From Antedon mediterranea (Eukaryota > Animalia > Echinodermata), in assembly GCF_964355755.1 (NCBI RefSeq), contig NC_092680.1, positions 16,191,045-16,255,044 of the forward strand: a stretch of DNA of 64,000 nt. The letters are read 5' to 3'. A program made the position numbers and the translations under genes. The number at the start of each line of letters is the position of its first letter. Positions within the stretch are counted from its first letter, which is position 1. Below the pieces are notes generated by a model that saw nothing but the letters and a program-made list of their open reading frames with translations, was not told the DNA's origin and searched no databases. Positions 1 through 13,694 of the stretch are shown here, piece after piece.

Positions 1-2399
1 CCATTGAACAAATAGATTTTGCACACAATTCACGGAAATATCATATGATACAGTATAGGACTTTCCTTTGGGACACCCTACATATTCAGGAGACACTCCA
101 GTATTAAGGGGACACTTAGCTGTGAAACAAGGGGAAATATTATAATCAAATAAATATTTGATTTTGAAATTTCTGGCTTGACAGTTTTCACTGGTGAAAT
201 GTTGGCTGCTAAATTTTCAATTCTTTTAAATTTCTTGATTTCAGAAAATTTATAGTTCATCATTTTCATATATAGGCCTATATATGTTTTCCTCCTATTA
301 AGGGGACAATTTCGGGTCTTGGTAGTGTCGCCTGAATACAACATGTTATGATTTTCAGAAAATAGTAAATGATACTAGTCAACCATCACAACACAAAACA
401 TCGGCATACCTAAATTAAGTCAGAAACCTACCTAAAAGTTACTTTATAATACATAGAATACCAAACACAACATATCATATAAAGTATATACAGTACAGTA
501 TATATATATAGTATTCATCTTTAAACATGATTAAAATGTTCCATTAAAAGGGACAATAAAAAAATTGTATTAAAAATATATCAGCTGCAAACATTTTAAA
601 CTTTTAAAATTTATTTTCTGTAAATATTGCTTCCAATCAAGACAAATCAAACAAGGTAATACAATATGTAATAGTTATCTAAGTAGGCCTAACAAAAATA
701 GTACAGTATAGTAACATACAAGTTTAGTAGTAGTTGAGATTAAATATCAATGTTCTGAAATGGTATTTTTTGAAAAAGTGGAGAGAATAATGTAATAATA
801 AAAAGAGATGTAGATATGATAATGACAAGCCTCAATCAAATAAAATTTGGAGAAATCCAGGGTCATCTTTTTTTTTTTCAAGAAAGTTGATGATTAAAAA
901 GTTATTCAAAATTATTCGCATCACTCTTGCACTCATTGCAGTATTTTGTTGTAGAGGTTTTGGTAAACAGTCTACAAGTAAAAATAAAACTTTAGCAGTG
1001 TTGTTGCTATGTTGTGGTAAATGTATCGTTTTAAAGGCACTATCAGGTTTTGCTTTATTTGATATATAGTTTAATATCATATTTTATTTATTTTATTTTC
1101 AGTTTTATTATTCCTATATTTGTGTTTATTTATGACCTTCCCAAAACAATTTATCAGTTATTAATTATTATTATTTAATAAGTTTTGTTTAGTAATTTCA
1201 ATTTTGTTTCCATTAAATATGAAGTATGTTTTTTTTCCAGATCTAATTTCAAACTAATATAACACTAATTGTATTGATAACCACACACTTTATTTTTCTT
1301 ACCCTTCTTGAGGTTCACAATGTACTAATCATTTTTTTCTGATGTCATACTCATTTCTTTCTTAAAAAAAGAAAAAAAAATGAAAGGGATTATACTTATA
1401 ACTTAAAATGAATGATAAATGATCAATATGTAATAATAATGATTTTTTCCAAGGTCTAAAACAGATTGGAAATATTCAGCGTTTGAACTTTGAGAAAGAT
1501 CAATAGATCCTACAAATCGAAAGTGATAGTATTGAATTAAGTTACATGATATGCAATGATGATGTACAGAATTATCTTAGCAAACAAATGGATTTTGACA
1601 AAGCAAAATGTATCACAGCCTGTCAATAGTGCACAGTTGGCATCCAATTAACCGAACGAAATAATCTTACAATACAAAACATCTTTGAAAACAAATTCTG
1701 GTATCTGACATGGTTTAAAACCATGTTGATTTGGAATTAGTAGGCAACCTACTGCTGGTTGTTATTTAAAACTTATTTACCGATTGCACTGATATCTTCA
1801 TCTTCATTTCCTACAATGAAAGTCAAACAGTGTTTCATTTCATTTCATTTCATTATTTATTTGGTCTATTTAAGTATATACAAAACAAAAAAAACTGAAA
1901 TTGGGGAGACCAGGGTCAACCTAAGTGAACTTAATCACTATAGCTGAGCCGGTTGACCCAACCCAAAGTCAGTTTACACATAAAAGACAAAAAACAGTTA
2001 CATTACAGCGAATCAAAATGAATATGAACTTTTCTAATGAAGGCTGATGGGCTTTCTAGGACTGCAGCATCTGTCAACGGTCTGGGAAGCTGGTCCCAGA
2101 CATCAATGTTATCTGTTATGCAGAAGTGCATACTGTAAATACATTTTTATTTCTACAGGATATTATCTGACCCTTTATCTGACACAATTAAACCATTTAA
2201 CGTTCATTAAAATTGTAATATTACAGTGTTGGTTTATGTGTGTGGACCTGGAATTTAGTCAAAAACTAAGTGGTCAGAGAAAACTATCGGTTTCAACATT
2301 CTCTTGATCTTGACCATTTCCTACAACAAAAATGTAAACAGTGTGCATATTATAAATGTTATCTGCTGTATAGTGAGGCCGAAGCTCTAAATTATAATT

Positions 2400-3300
2400 A
2401 GATAGCAATACATTTTTTTAAGTGCTAGGCATTAAGGGGGTCTATGTGTGCAAGAATTAAAAATTTGACATTCAACAGCAATTGTACCAAATAGGGCAAC
2501 CTTTCTTGTAATAATACATTTTTTTTAGGTGCTAGGCATTAATGGTTTCTGCTGGATCTGTCTAATTTTATCTGTACTCTGTCCCTTGATAATGTTGTGT
2601 ACATTTATAACAGTTAGGGTTAGATACTATGTGTGCACTAGTATTTTGTGATCAGTATGGTCAGTAGAAAACGGAAAAAAAAAACAGATTTTAATTGTTC
2701 CATGTGTTTTGTTCCATTCAGCAATTGTACCAATAGGGCAACCTTTCTTGCAATAATACATTTTTTTTTGTAGGTGCTAGGCATTAATGGTTTCTGCCGG
2801 ATTTGTCTAATTTTATCTGTACACTCTGCTCCTTGAAAATGTTGTGTAAATTTATAACAGTTAGGGTTAGTTACTGTGTGTGCACTAGTATTTTGTGATC
2901 TGGTCAGTAGAAAACAGAAAAAAGATTTTGTTCCATGTGTGCAAGAATTAACAATTTGGCATTCAACAGCAATTGTACCAATAGGGCAACCTTTCTTGCA
3001 ATAATACATTTCGTTATGTGCTAGGCATTAATGGTTTCTAGTAGTAGTACTGGATTTGTTTAATTTTATTTGTACACAATATGCAATTAAAACATCTCAA
3101 AACATTTAAAAACTGCAATAACTGCCCCTTGATAATGGTTTGTATATTTATAATAGTTTGGGTTAGATACTGTGTGTGCATATAGTATTTTGTGATTATT
3201 ATGGTCAGTTGAAAACGGAAAAATATGTTTTGTTCCATGTGTGCAAGAGGTAACAATTTGACATTCAACAGCAATTGTACCAATAGGGCAACCTTTCTTG
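2400..3300. repeat. Degenerate tandem repeat, about 4 units of 240-300 bp
   Basis: CAGCAATTGTACCAA(A)TAGGGCAACCTTTCTTG recurs near 2476, 2719, 2967 and 3269. GTGCTAGGCATTAA recurs near 2422, 2529, 2774 and 3018. Confidence 0.85.
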
Positions 3301-4351
3301 GAAAAAAAAGATTTTATATTGATTGGAATAATCAGCTAACTTAATTATTGCTAATAATTTAAATGGCAAACATAATTTTTGACTAGGCCTATAGAAGTTA
3401 CAAGAGATAATAAGATAGATAAGTTGAACAGCCTTATTTACTAAGCACCTTGAAAGAAGCAATGAAATGAGTATGTGCATACATACTGTAACATCATAAG
3501 GAAGCTTTTGTTACAAGGTGGATTTTTCCCAAAAAAACATTATTTAAATTAAAACTTTTATACAGTATCTATATTCAAGTCTGACTACACTGTACTTTGA
3601 AAACACCATAGTTACATAGAAAGGAAGAAAAAAAATATTAAAGTTTTTGGAACTGTAGCAAAAACTTGCTTATATAAAAGCATAGAGTATGTAAAGATGA
3701 AATTGAAAGTGATGAAGACTATTAAATGAAGTAAATTCAGTATTTATCTATTCAAACACACACAAAATAAATGCTTTGATCTGAATCAAGTTGTTGATAC
3801 ACCATGCAAATACCGTAAACAAGTAAAATAACCAACCAAGAAAAGTAATTATGATGATCAACAAGCAATCTATTCAGTATACTGTAGCTCATTATCATAA
3901 TTATAATAGTCATTTATAAATTCAATTCACAAGAATCTTCATAAGTTTGACTCCTGTTCCACAAACTATTTAATACCAAAATCACATCTTGGATTTAATT
4001 TTGCACTTTAAAAGTGAAAACAGTTATGGGTGGCTAAGAAATGTTATATTTCGACTACTACTTTTATACTATGCACTAATTTTCTAACATAACTTCTACA
4101 ACATATAATAGATTGCAGAACTGGGATATTAAGCTGATACATGCAATGATAAATATGTAATGTAGTTTAATAAATTGTTAAAAATGTTGTCTAAAGTATT
4201 GTTCAAATACCATGCATTTAGTTTAAATTGTTTTTAATACATGCAGTATATTATATTAATTAAAATTATAAAAATCATATAACCAATATAATAATTTCTA
4301 ACCAGAGATTTAGTATAATTGCACAATTAATCTTATTAGAAATACTGTAAA

Positions 4352-7300
4352 TCAAGAATCATCTTCAATTGGAAGAAGAGTGTAATCAATATTACCTTGA
4401 GATGCACTTGCTGTTTGCTGTTCTGGATCTCTTTGATCCTTTGTATGATTGTTTTCAATGAAAATGATGTAAACAAGTGCTCCAATGAATGACCCTACTA
4501 CTGGCACGAATAATGGAATCACAGGCCACCAGTTAGGATTACTACAATTAAAATAAAGATGAATAAAGAACAAATAAATATTCTAAACTTGACAAAATCT
4601 GTCACTACACTCTTTCAGTCCCATTCAAGTCTCTGAAGAAGTATAATGAAAAATGAAAAACTCTAAAAAGAAAATACTCTATTATATTTGGTTGGAATCA
4701 CAGGCCAACAGTTAGGATTATTACAATTAAAAGATGAATAAAGAACAAATAAATATTTTAAACTTGACAAAATCTGTCACTACACACTTTCAGTACCATT
4801 CAAGTCTCTAGTATAAAACTCTAGCATACATGGATTTAATTCTATTGGATTGGTTGAATACTACATTTTGTTTGTTCTCTTACTCTATAAATTTGAGAAG
4901 ATTTTTGGAAAAACTTAAAATATATAGATAGAAGAATGTGTTGTATGTATAAAATAATTCAATCTCTTAACAAGGTCTCTTCTGCAAGGTTTGCATGGTA
5001 TAGACATGTCAATGACAATAGTATAGTTACGGAGCCAAGAAGTTGTACAATATGATGTTAGTTGACAAAACTTACCTTAGAAAGAAACATCCTCTGTTGC
5101 AAAACCTGTTAAACTTTGAAATATTTATAAACATAAACTTACTCAAAGGTACACATTTGTTCACAACCAGCTATAAGGGCTACCAGCCTTCCAGCAAAAT
5201 CTTGAAATGGATTGAAATAAAATGGCGCGTGGTAACTAAAAGCCATTCCAACCACTAACAAAAGTAATCCAATCAGGAACGGTTCAAAACTTTTTGGAGG
5301 TTTCACGGTTTTAAACGGTTCGTCCTTCTTCTCTTTCTTTTGGTTGTCAATGATTGCCAATACTCCAACAGCAAACAAAGAAGATTTCAAGAGCTTGCAA
5401 AAAAATTAAGAGATTACAATTAAAACATTACCACTTTATTCATTTCGTGTGTCAAGTACAACATTTTCAATGATAAACACATTTTATAAAATATACTGCA
5501 GTATTATCGGTCTTTTGAGTCCTATGAAAAAAAAAATGGTAGGGAGTGTAAGTTATTTGAAATTCCAAGACTCTACTCTACCAGGAGTGAAATATAGTTC
5601 ATGTTCATGCAGTGACTTAGACTTGCCCCAAGTCTGTAGTTACTACGGGGCTTTTCGATGTTCGTCTGAAGTACACATATGAAACTCCATATGTGCCAAA
5701 ATATTTATCTTTTAATAATAATAACAGTTCATTCTTATACAGTGCATTTAAGCAAGCTCTCAATGCGCTGCAAATTATTACCCCGGTCATTATTATTAGG
5801 AATAAAAACGTATGGAAACATACTTCCATAATAATGCTCTCAGGGCTGCAAATTAAGGGGTATTTGGTCGCATTTGCGACCTAATTTTTCTGTTTGCGAC
5901 TAAAGAAACAGAATAGGTCGCGCATAGCGCGACAAGATCGTCTGCTTGTGCGAGTTGTTTCAAATTGAAGTCGGGTGTGTTTTCCCCCTATTTCAAACAC
6001 TGTGTAATTTAATCTCTCTAACTACGGAAGGCTCAGGAGTTTCCACTAGTCACCGCCGCCGCAAAGGAGTCAGGTTCATTCAAGCGTACAAAGCCCCTAA
6101 ACATTTTACACTCGTTGTGATTGGAAGTTCGTCCATTTATTGCATGCTGCCTTACCCAATCACACAAAAGGACACCAAACACACAGCACAGTGTGACGCG
6201 CGGACGACACAAACCTCGTGGAAAATCACCTCCGTTTTAAAGAAGGAATATAAAATCAATTGTACCCCCGTACACAGAAGTTAGCCAGGGCGGGCGCGGT
6301 AGATACAAAGGATTGTCGCCGCGCAGTCATCAGCATTTTTTAGGCAGTATGAATGGTTATATCATGATTAATAAATAATGTAATTAATGATATATATATA
6401 ATAATATCTATTCATTATATAGATTAAACAGCAGTAATTGTTTATCAGTAGATTTAATACTTTATTCCAGATTCTGATTATCGAAAATTATATATCAGAG
6501 AAAATACCGCAACTTTTCCTACGAAGTAGCTTCGTAGATAAAACAGGCTACGTTGTTGGCTTTGTAGGTTACATTGTTTGGCTTCGTTAGTAACCTCAAT
6601 AAACAACCTCACGATGTTCTTAGTAAGTAACAAGGTGTGAAAATTATTATTTAATGTGTTATTTTTGACTGGCGGAGGAGGACCAATTTGTACATTACTA
6701 ATAAATATATAAATTTAATATAATAGTTTTTATTCGTAAATATTTCATTCGTGTGTGTTTTTTTACTCTCAACGGCGAATATAAATTTCCCACAACGTAA
6801 ACGTAGAGACACGATCCAACACAATGAACTATGCCAACTAATAAAAATAATATAGCGAACGTCCAGTCGATCCAGAAACATGCAAACAAAAAGATCGTAA
6901 ACAATTCATTCTAAATATAGTATCAGAACGTTCAATCGGTCGCTCAAAAAGACTGCCGATAGAAGACCGTAATTAATACAGACCTAGTTTTTTGGTCACA
7001 TGTCATGAAACGCGATACTCTGTTTTACCACCGCAAACCTCTCGCATGTTTTTTTTTACTCGGTACGAGGGGGATGGCTACAAAACAGTGTACCTGAATT
7101 TTGCGTCACATGAAACGTAATACAGCTCTAAACTGTTCCCACGGTTCGCACGTTTTTCCCCTCCAAATTCTGGTCGGGTCTTTTGTCGTAATAATAATTT
7201 ACAAAGGCCTATGTTAAATCTTAACATGGAATATATATTTATTTTGCATATATTTTGTTGGTGTCCTAGCCAAGGTGTTGTTTTTATAATTCGCTAAATA

Positions 7301-10300
7301 AAACCAAGGTAGGATTGAATCATGTAGGCCGCTGAAACTCTCTCTGCGTGAGCTGAGGGCCTCGGGCCCGATTTCGTCTCGTCGGCGGATGTCCTGCCAA
7401 ATTAGGACAACCGATGTGTAGGGCGGCTACAAAAATTAACGTCTAGGATTTTAATTAGCCAACAATACATGTTTGTTTCCATTGTTTATGCTCCTAACTA
7501 AAGGCGATGACATTGGTGTTTACAAATTACTAACCCTACGAACCACCGTACGATCGACGCGTAGATATTATCATAAAATCGTAGGCATGGCAACGAACAA
7601 TATTTTGGAAATTACAGGATATGTTTAGCCATTTTAGCGAACAATGACCTACGATCTATTTACGCGTAGGCTACGAAAGGTTACGCGAAGCAGTAATTTC
7701 TTTCTGTACCGTAAAAATAATAATTAATAGATCTTGCGTGAATATAATAAGTGGCGCATCATCAGGACCAGTGCCTAAATGTGCATAACCCAAATTAATT
7801 GAATTCTTCAGTGCTGAATTTTTGTGCTCAGAAATCGATTGAAACAACCTATAATTACTCAAAAATCTCCCCCCCCCCAAAGCGGGGCCATTGGCGGCCT
7901 CCTGACCCCCAGCCTAAGGTTGTACTGTATTTCATTTTTATACACCCCCCCCCCCCCCACTAAACTAAAAACGGATCTGCGCGGATGGGGTTTGAGGTTA
8001 GTTGTCGATGAAAAGGTGCTACTAAAAAAATTGGTGGTGCTACCAAAAATTATTATGAGCCATCATACAAATTTGATAGTGCTACCAAGTAAAAAAGTTA
8101 ATTTGCAGCCCTGGCTCTAGTAAACTGTGTCTGGAACCCAGACTAGCAGTGTCTATTCAAGCTTAGTCTTAGTCAATTTCACAATTTCACAGTAATAATT
8201 TAAAAGAAGCTGGTTGCAATTGGTGGATGCTTATTACTTAAATGGAGGGCCACAATAATATTAAAGCATTGTTATACAATAGTAAATTCCTAAATGTATT
8301 ATCAGAAATATTTTAGTAAAATATACTACTGTATATAAAGTAAATAAATCTAAATGATAAATGACTTTGCTTTATATTTAAAATGAATGCAATTCTCATA
8401 CCACGTCAAGTGAAGCGATTCCATAATTGCCACCATTCACAACTGAACAAAATAGGAGGCCAGTGTTGTCATCTTCAAAATCATTTAACTGGTCTACAAA
8501 AGAATATTATTGTGTGAAAAATACATTCATAAATGACGAACAATATCATATTGAATAAAAGAACTGAGCCATGGGCGATTTAATATAATGTAACCATTCA
8601 TCAAAATAGTATATACAGTCTATGCATATTATAGAATAAAAAAAAGAGACTTGAAATGCAGTACAGTACAACTTTATTGGGTTGTTCCAACACAACCTGA
8701 CAACTTGTTCCAACACAACCCGACTCCAAAACACGAGTCTAGATTCCTTCTCAAACCAGGAGGTCTCTCACTGAACGTCCTCTATATTAGAGTAACATTC
8801 ACTTGGTTACAATAATAGCACAATTTGATTGTCTAGTTGGTTAGACTTGCTTTATATTGGTAGTTTAATATACACCACACTCTTTCCATGATGCGTGTTA
8901 AAAAGGGCATGGCCAGGAAATTGAGGAAATAGCCAATTGTACATTGTCTAGTTGGTTGGCAATTGCATTGCTATGCACATTAAATAATGAAACTTTATGA
9001 GGTGAATGTGGAAAATATTTTTATGAGTTGATAAATTGACGGCTTTATATTTATTATTAATAGTTCCTTATATTTGTATAAAATAAATATATATATATAT
9101 ATATAAATCCAAAGGCAAATTACTGAAAAAATGACAATGCTGTGGGTATCAGTGGCTGGTTCTCAATGGAAATACAAAAAAAAAAGCGAAAAGCTAAATC
9201 AAAACGATAAAGTAAAACAGCCAGCTATAATGAAGCATTTTTGTGTACAATTGCTTACATTGTATACATTTTTAAAGTAAAAATGGTATTGATACCAAAT
9301 TAATTTTATGACTTCTTCTTCACCTTCTAAGGTTAATCATCATCTAAATTGGCCAAAGAAAATGTGGTGTTCAGAACTAATAATCCTAATTATTTTTTAA
9401 TTATTCTTAATTTATCTTATTTTTAATTAATTATTTTTCTAATTATTTTTTAACAATATAAACATATTATAATATCATATTATAACATCTGTTTACAAAA
9501 TAGCTGCCAAAATAAAATCTATTTAATTACATAATTCAACAACAGTGTAATTAACAGAGCTACTCACCGAAATATAAACCCCAGATCAGAAATGAGCCTA
9601 AAAATGCCCCACAAAATTGGGCAGCTAGCAACAGCAACATGTCTTTAGTTTCAATCTTACCCATAAAACGGAAAACGAGGGTTAAACCTGGGTTTAAAAA
9701 TCCAGCTGCAAATACAACAAAAAAGTACACAAATGTTTACTGTTTAGTTGTCTCAGTACAAAGTCTCAATAAGAGATTATAATTAGAGTTTCTAGAGCCG
9801 GTGGTGTTGCTCTATGATTCATAGTCAACATCTCTGCCCTGATAAGGGTTAGGATTACTTTACATAAACCTGATGACAAAGACGAACAGCCCATTGGATG
9901 GCCACCTTGTATGGTTGTATGAATAATAATAAATCAATCCAAATAAGTGAATAATAATAATACATATGTCTTATGGTTATATTTGAATAAAGTGCACTAC
10001 ATACTACTACTACTAATAAAACACTTTCTTTCTTTATTTCCATTCACAACAAAAAAGCATAAACATACATAACTATTCATTACAAAAATGAAAGAATGGA
10101 AAGGGGGAATCTCTGAAGTACAGCTTATAAGTAGAAACCCCTTGTTACATAGAGGTGGGATTATTATTACAATTTGCATTAACATTGAAATAGAAAGGGG
10201 GAATCTCTGAAGTACAGCTTATAAGTAGAAACCCCTTGTTACATAGAGGTGGAATTATTATTACAATTTGCATTGCATTTGTATCAAAGTAATTAAGTTA

Positions 10301-12086
10301 GGCTACATAATACTGGGTCATATATTCTGTTATTATGTAAATCTTACCATTCTCAATGCTTATATACAATCCCAGCATATATCCAAATGAAATGCCAAAG
10401 TTGATGTAGAAAATACCACTGGCATCATATGAAAATGTGTTATTTATTGAATTTTCTAAATTGTCATTGTTATAACAATTTACATTTGCCACCACATTGC
10501 CACTAATAAACTGTAAATAAAGATAAATATATTTATATCTAAAAAATATTTTAAGATTGAATATTATTATTGTTATTATTACATTTCTTTACCCAGGGTA
10601 GCCCAAACAGTTTAAATTGGTTTTCATTAGGGCCCTGCATACAACATTATACATTGTTAAAAACTCAGCAGAGACTTAGTTATTATTAAATACAGTACAT
10701 CATACAGTAGTCTCAACAGGCAAATTATTTCATGATGTGTTCTCTAACAAAAAAACTTGTGGACTGTCTTGTTTAACAAGTTTGTGAAAGTGGCATGAAT
10801 AGGTTTGTCATGGGTGTTAAATTGTTGAGACATTTGCAAACGAGAGTGGCTTATTGTAATACCACTCTTTCGAAAAAAGAAGCCATTTCAGTTTTGAAAA
10901 CATCTCTGATGATCGGGTAAGAAAATCGCAGTTTAGAATTAGTCTAGCTGCTCTTTTTATACACTTGTTAAGCAAAGTATTATGTGATATCGCCCTCCTC
11001 ATAATGTACAGCAGTAGTCCAGTGATGGTCTAACTAAGCTTACATAAAGTATGTATAGACTGCGTTGGAGGACACAATACCGTACTCTGCTTAATAACAT
11101 ACCAAGTTTATATGAAACTGTTTTCATGATATGTTCGACATGTGGCATCCAACCTAAAGTCTCACCAATTATTACCCCTAAGCATTTGCAATGCATTTCT
11201 CTAAACAATTACAGTATTATCAATATTAATATCAAAATCGACTGGAAATTTTCTTTTTTGGATCCAATGAGCATAGATTTAGTATGAGTGCAGTAGGTTG
11301 ATTTAATTTATTTTAGAGTTGTTTAAATAAAATTTATCTATTTAAAATACGAAGAATAAAATGTTTAAACAAATGAAAAAAGACATCACACTATCACAGA
11401 ATCCATGGTGACCAACACAATATTTAAAATCAAAAATTGATTTAATAAAATTAAAATGTTCATGATGAGCAAAATTTAAAATATGGAAAACAGGTTATTC
11501 TTAGTGTAAGAAGACACGTCAGGCCCCAGTATATATAATATAATGACAATGGCAATTTACAAAGTGTGGAATAGCGATTGTTTCACAGTTTCATTAACCC
11601 TTATGAATAATCATCATGATGTAATTGTAATGTAAATATTATCAAATAAAATTAGAAAATGACTAGGCCTAGGCCTAGCCTAAGTTTAATAGGCCTACAT
11701 TTGGTCCTGGATCCAATTCCAAGGAAAGTGTTTTTACATCGTCATTTACCACACTTTTTTTTACAAAGCCTTGTTTGTAGGGAGGAAATGCCTGCTGAGA
11801 TCAGGTTACAGCTAGCGCCTAGGCCTATTATATAAAAGATCATACAGTACATGTTATAACAGTGCAGTGGAGTGCAGTGGTGGTAGACACACCTTCTTTT
11901 GTTGCGAGTCATCACCACTCACTCCCCGACCTACCTATCTAGGCTAGGCCTAATAGTAGTACTAGGCTAGTACTGATCACTTACAACAAATATGAACATT
12001 CCAAGTAATTCAGAAAATACTTGTTTCCACCCGCTTTTTGATGCACAACTACATTTTTCAAATGTGCTTTCATACCACAGCCCCAT
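4352..12086 (-). CDS. Aquaglyceroporin (AQP3/7/9/10-like MIP channel), 6 coding exons, about 311 aa, divergent pore motifs
   Basis: Phase-consistent GT-AG exons 12086-11985, 10510-10348, 9705-9568, 8493-8402, 5393-5143, 4541-4352 (936 nt). MIP-like segments: FSELLGMFIFV, AGFLNPGLTL, LAAQFCGAFLGSFLIWGLYFD, LAIID, FYFNPFQDFAGRL, WWPVIPLFVPVVGSFIGALVY. The Asp two residues after the second NP-box is the glyceroporin signature. Confidence 0.9.
5841..8113. mobile_element. Non-autonomous DNA transposon (hAT-like, 5-bp TSD) in aquaglyceroporin intron 4
   Basis: 16-bp terminal inverted repeats CAGGGCTGCAAATTAA ... TTAATTTGCAGCCCTG, flanked on both sides by GCTCT. Subterminal GCGAC and GTGCTAC repeats. 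No transposase ORF seen. Confidence 0.8.
10099..10273. repeat. Two-copy tandem duplication, about 90 bp
   Basis: GAAAGGGGGAATCTCTGAAGTACAGC...ACAATTTGCATT occurs twice, near-identical. Confidence 0.9.
10560..11290 (-). mobile_element. 5'-truncated, decayed LINE (CR1/L2 group) 3' end
   Basis: Frameshifted ORF2 C-terminal motifs KCLGVII..LGWMPHV, LYVSLVRPSLDYC and KRAARLIL..SSEMFSKLKW, followed by a (TAA)n-like tail near 10562-10580. Confidence 0.8.
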
Positions 12087-12151
12087 GATTATCTATTAGG
12101 CCTAGCTAGACTAGCTAGAACGGTATACGTCACGCGGGTAAGTCCAAAAAA

Positions 12152-12175
12152 TATTTATAGAAAAGGGGAATTCCC
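12152..12175 (-). promoter_or_regulatory. Putative aquaglyceroporin promoter: TATA box plus palindromic NF-kB-type site
   Basis: Minus-strand CTATAAATA at 12152-12160 and GGGAATTCCC at 12166-12175, 70-90 bp upstream of the ATG at 12086. Confidence 0.45.
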
Positions 12176-13657
12176 TAAGTCACATGATGATGAAACGCCC
12201 TCAACCAAAAACTTTTGGAAAACTGAGCTCTCTATCTATATATAAATTTACGTAAGGGCAAAATTCGGTAAATCGCGCCTTACTTTTAGAATTTTTACTC
12301 GATGGTATATAAAGTTGGTTCGTACTTTCGGTACTGATTTTAACCACCTGATGTAACCCTGTTTACTAATTAAATTAAGTTAGATAATTAGTTATTGACG
12401 ATTAAAAAGAATTTAGGTTCAACGATTTGCCCCAAATAGGGGTGTGTTCTGATCGTGGTATACACTGTCTAATGGATGTCCATCTTGAAAAATACCCGCC
12501 ACAAAAATGCGAGGAGGCTTCGCATTTTCCTATCTCCTCCTACGATAATTGTTTTTAATAGCTGAAAACCGGTTGAACAGCTCGAGTACAGTATCATAAT
12601 GTTGAAGACAGGCCGATTTTCTTAAAAAATACTATTGTGATAGATTTAATATACGTTTATACAAATGTATTGAATTGCGATGAATGGAACATTCCAATAT
12701 CTGTGTCGTTCCACAAGTGTCTATTCCCTCAGGCGTCGTAAAGGCAAGTACTGTATACTCATAACAGAAATTCGATCCATTTTTTTTTCAATCTGTGCTG
12801 CAGAGGTTGGATATATAGATTTTTTTTAACGGATAATGAGCTAGCGTTTTCAGTCGCCGTATATTATGTACAAATCTTTATTATTGCAGTTAAACCACCC
12901 ACGTGACATCATCACCCTTCCCTCACTGGCATGAGTAGCGTTGTAAAGCCAGTAGAGGATAGGCCTACGGTGCATCACATGCCCTAAACGCAGAACAACT
13001 TTGGTGGGTAGGGTTAAGGAACCAACTTAAGTATGAATTGGCTCTAAGAAACAATTGAAAACCATGGCCTACTAATTAAGTTGAGTTAGATGATTTAATA
13101 TTTATTGACGATTAAATCGAATTTATCATTTGCCACGAATAGGGGTGGTTTTCACAAATTGTTTTACATTATATAAACATATTATACACGTCGTAGTGAT
13201 CATGTATCGTTACATGTACTGTACTATTTCAATCGACTAGGACGGTTATAGTTTCAACAAAGTATTATATCGCAATGTTTTACTGTGTTTAGTGGTATAT
13301 TATTTGTAAAACATGAAAACAATTAATATTTCGTTACTACATGGATAAAGAATATATTAAAAAATTGTTCCTCTTTGCACCCCTCCTCTTTCCCATCCCT
13401 CAACCCTAATGTTACATACCAAACACAAATTAAGTTTGTTTAAATTTGACTTAAACAATTGGTCTCATTTTGTGACAAGTTTCTCTTTTGGAAGTAATTC
13501 CCAGGGTGCTAATTTTAGTTCAGTAAATAAATCACAGTGTCTATTTATTCGTTCCTGTAAACGACATGTATTATTGTCCTGCGGTACGTACATTTGAAAT
13601 CGCCAGTTTTTTAACGTTGAAATTATTATGTATTCGAGAACCATCTGTGGGCACGAC

Positions 13658-13694
13658 CTAGATGGTACGCGAGCGAAGCGAGCGTACCATCTAG
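13658..13694. mobile_element. Perfect 13-bp-stem hairpin ending CTAG, resembling a Helitron/Helentron terminus
   Basis: CTAGATGGTACGC-GAGCGAAGCGA-GCGTACCATCTAG followed by TT. Confidence 0.5.

Noticed and set aside
50-345. MITE fragment with GGGGACAC repeats
   Set aside because: It looks repeat-derived, but termini and TSD could not be defined.
1454-1745. Coding-like plus-strand stretch after a possible acceptor
   Set aside because: It has two in-frame stops and no recognisable domain, so a gene or pseudogene call cannot be supported.
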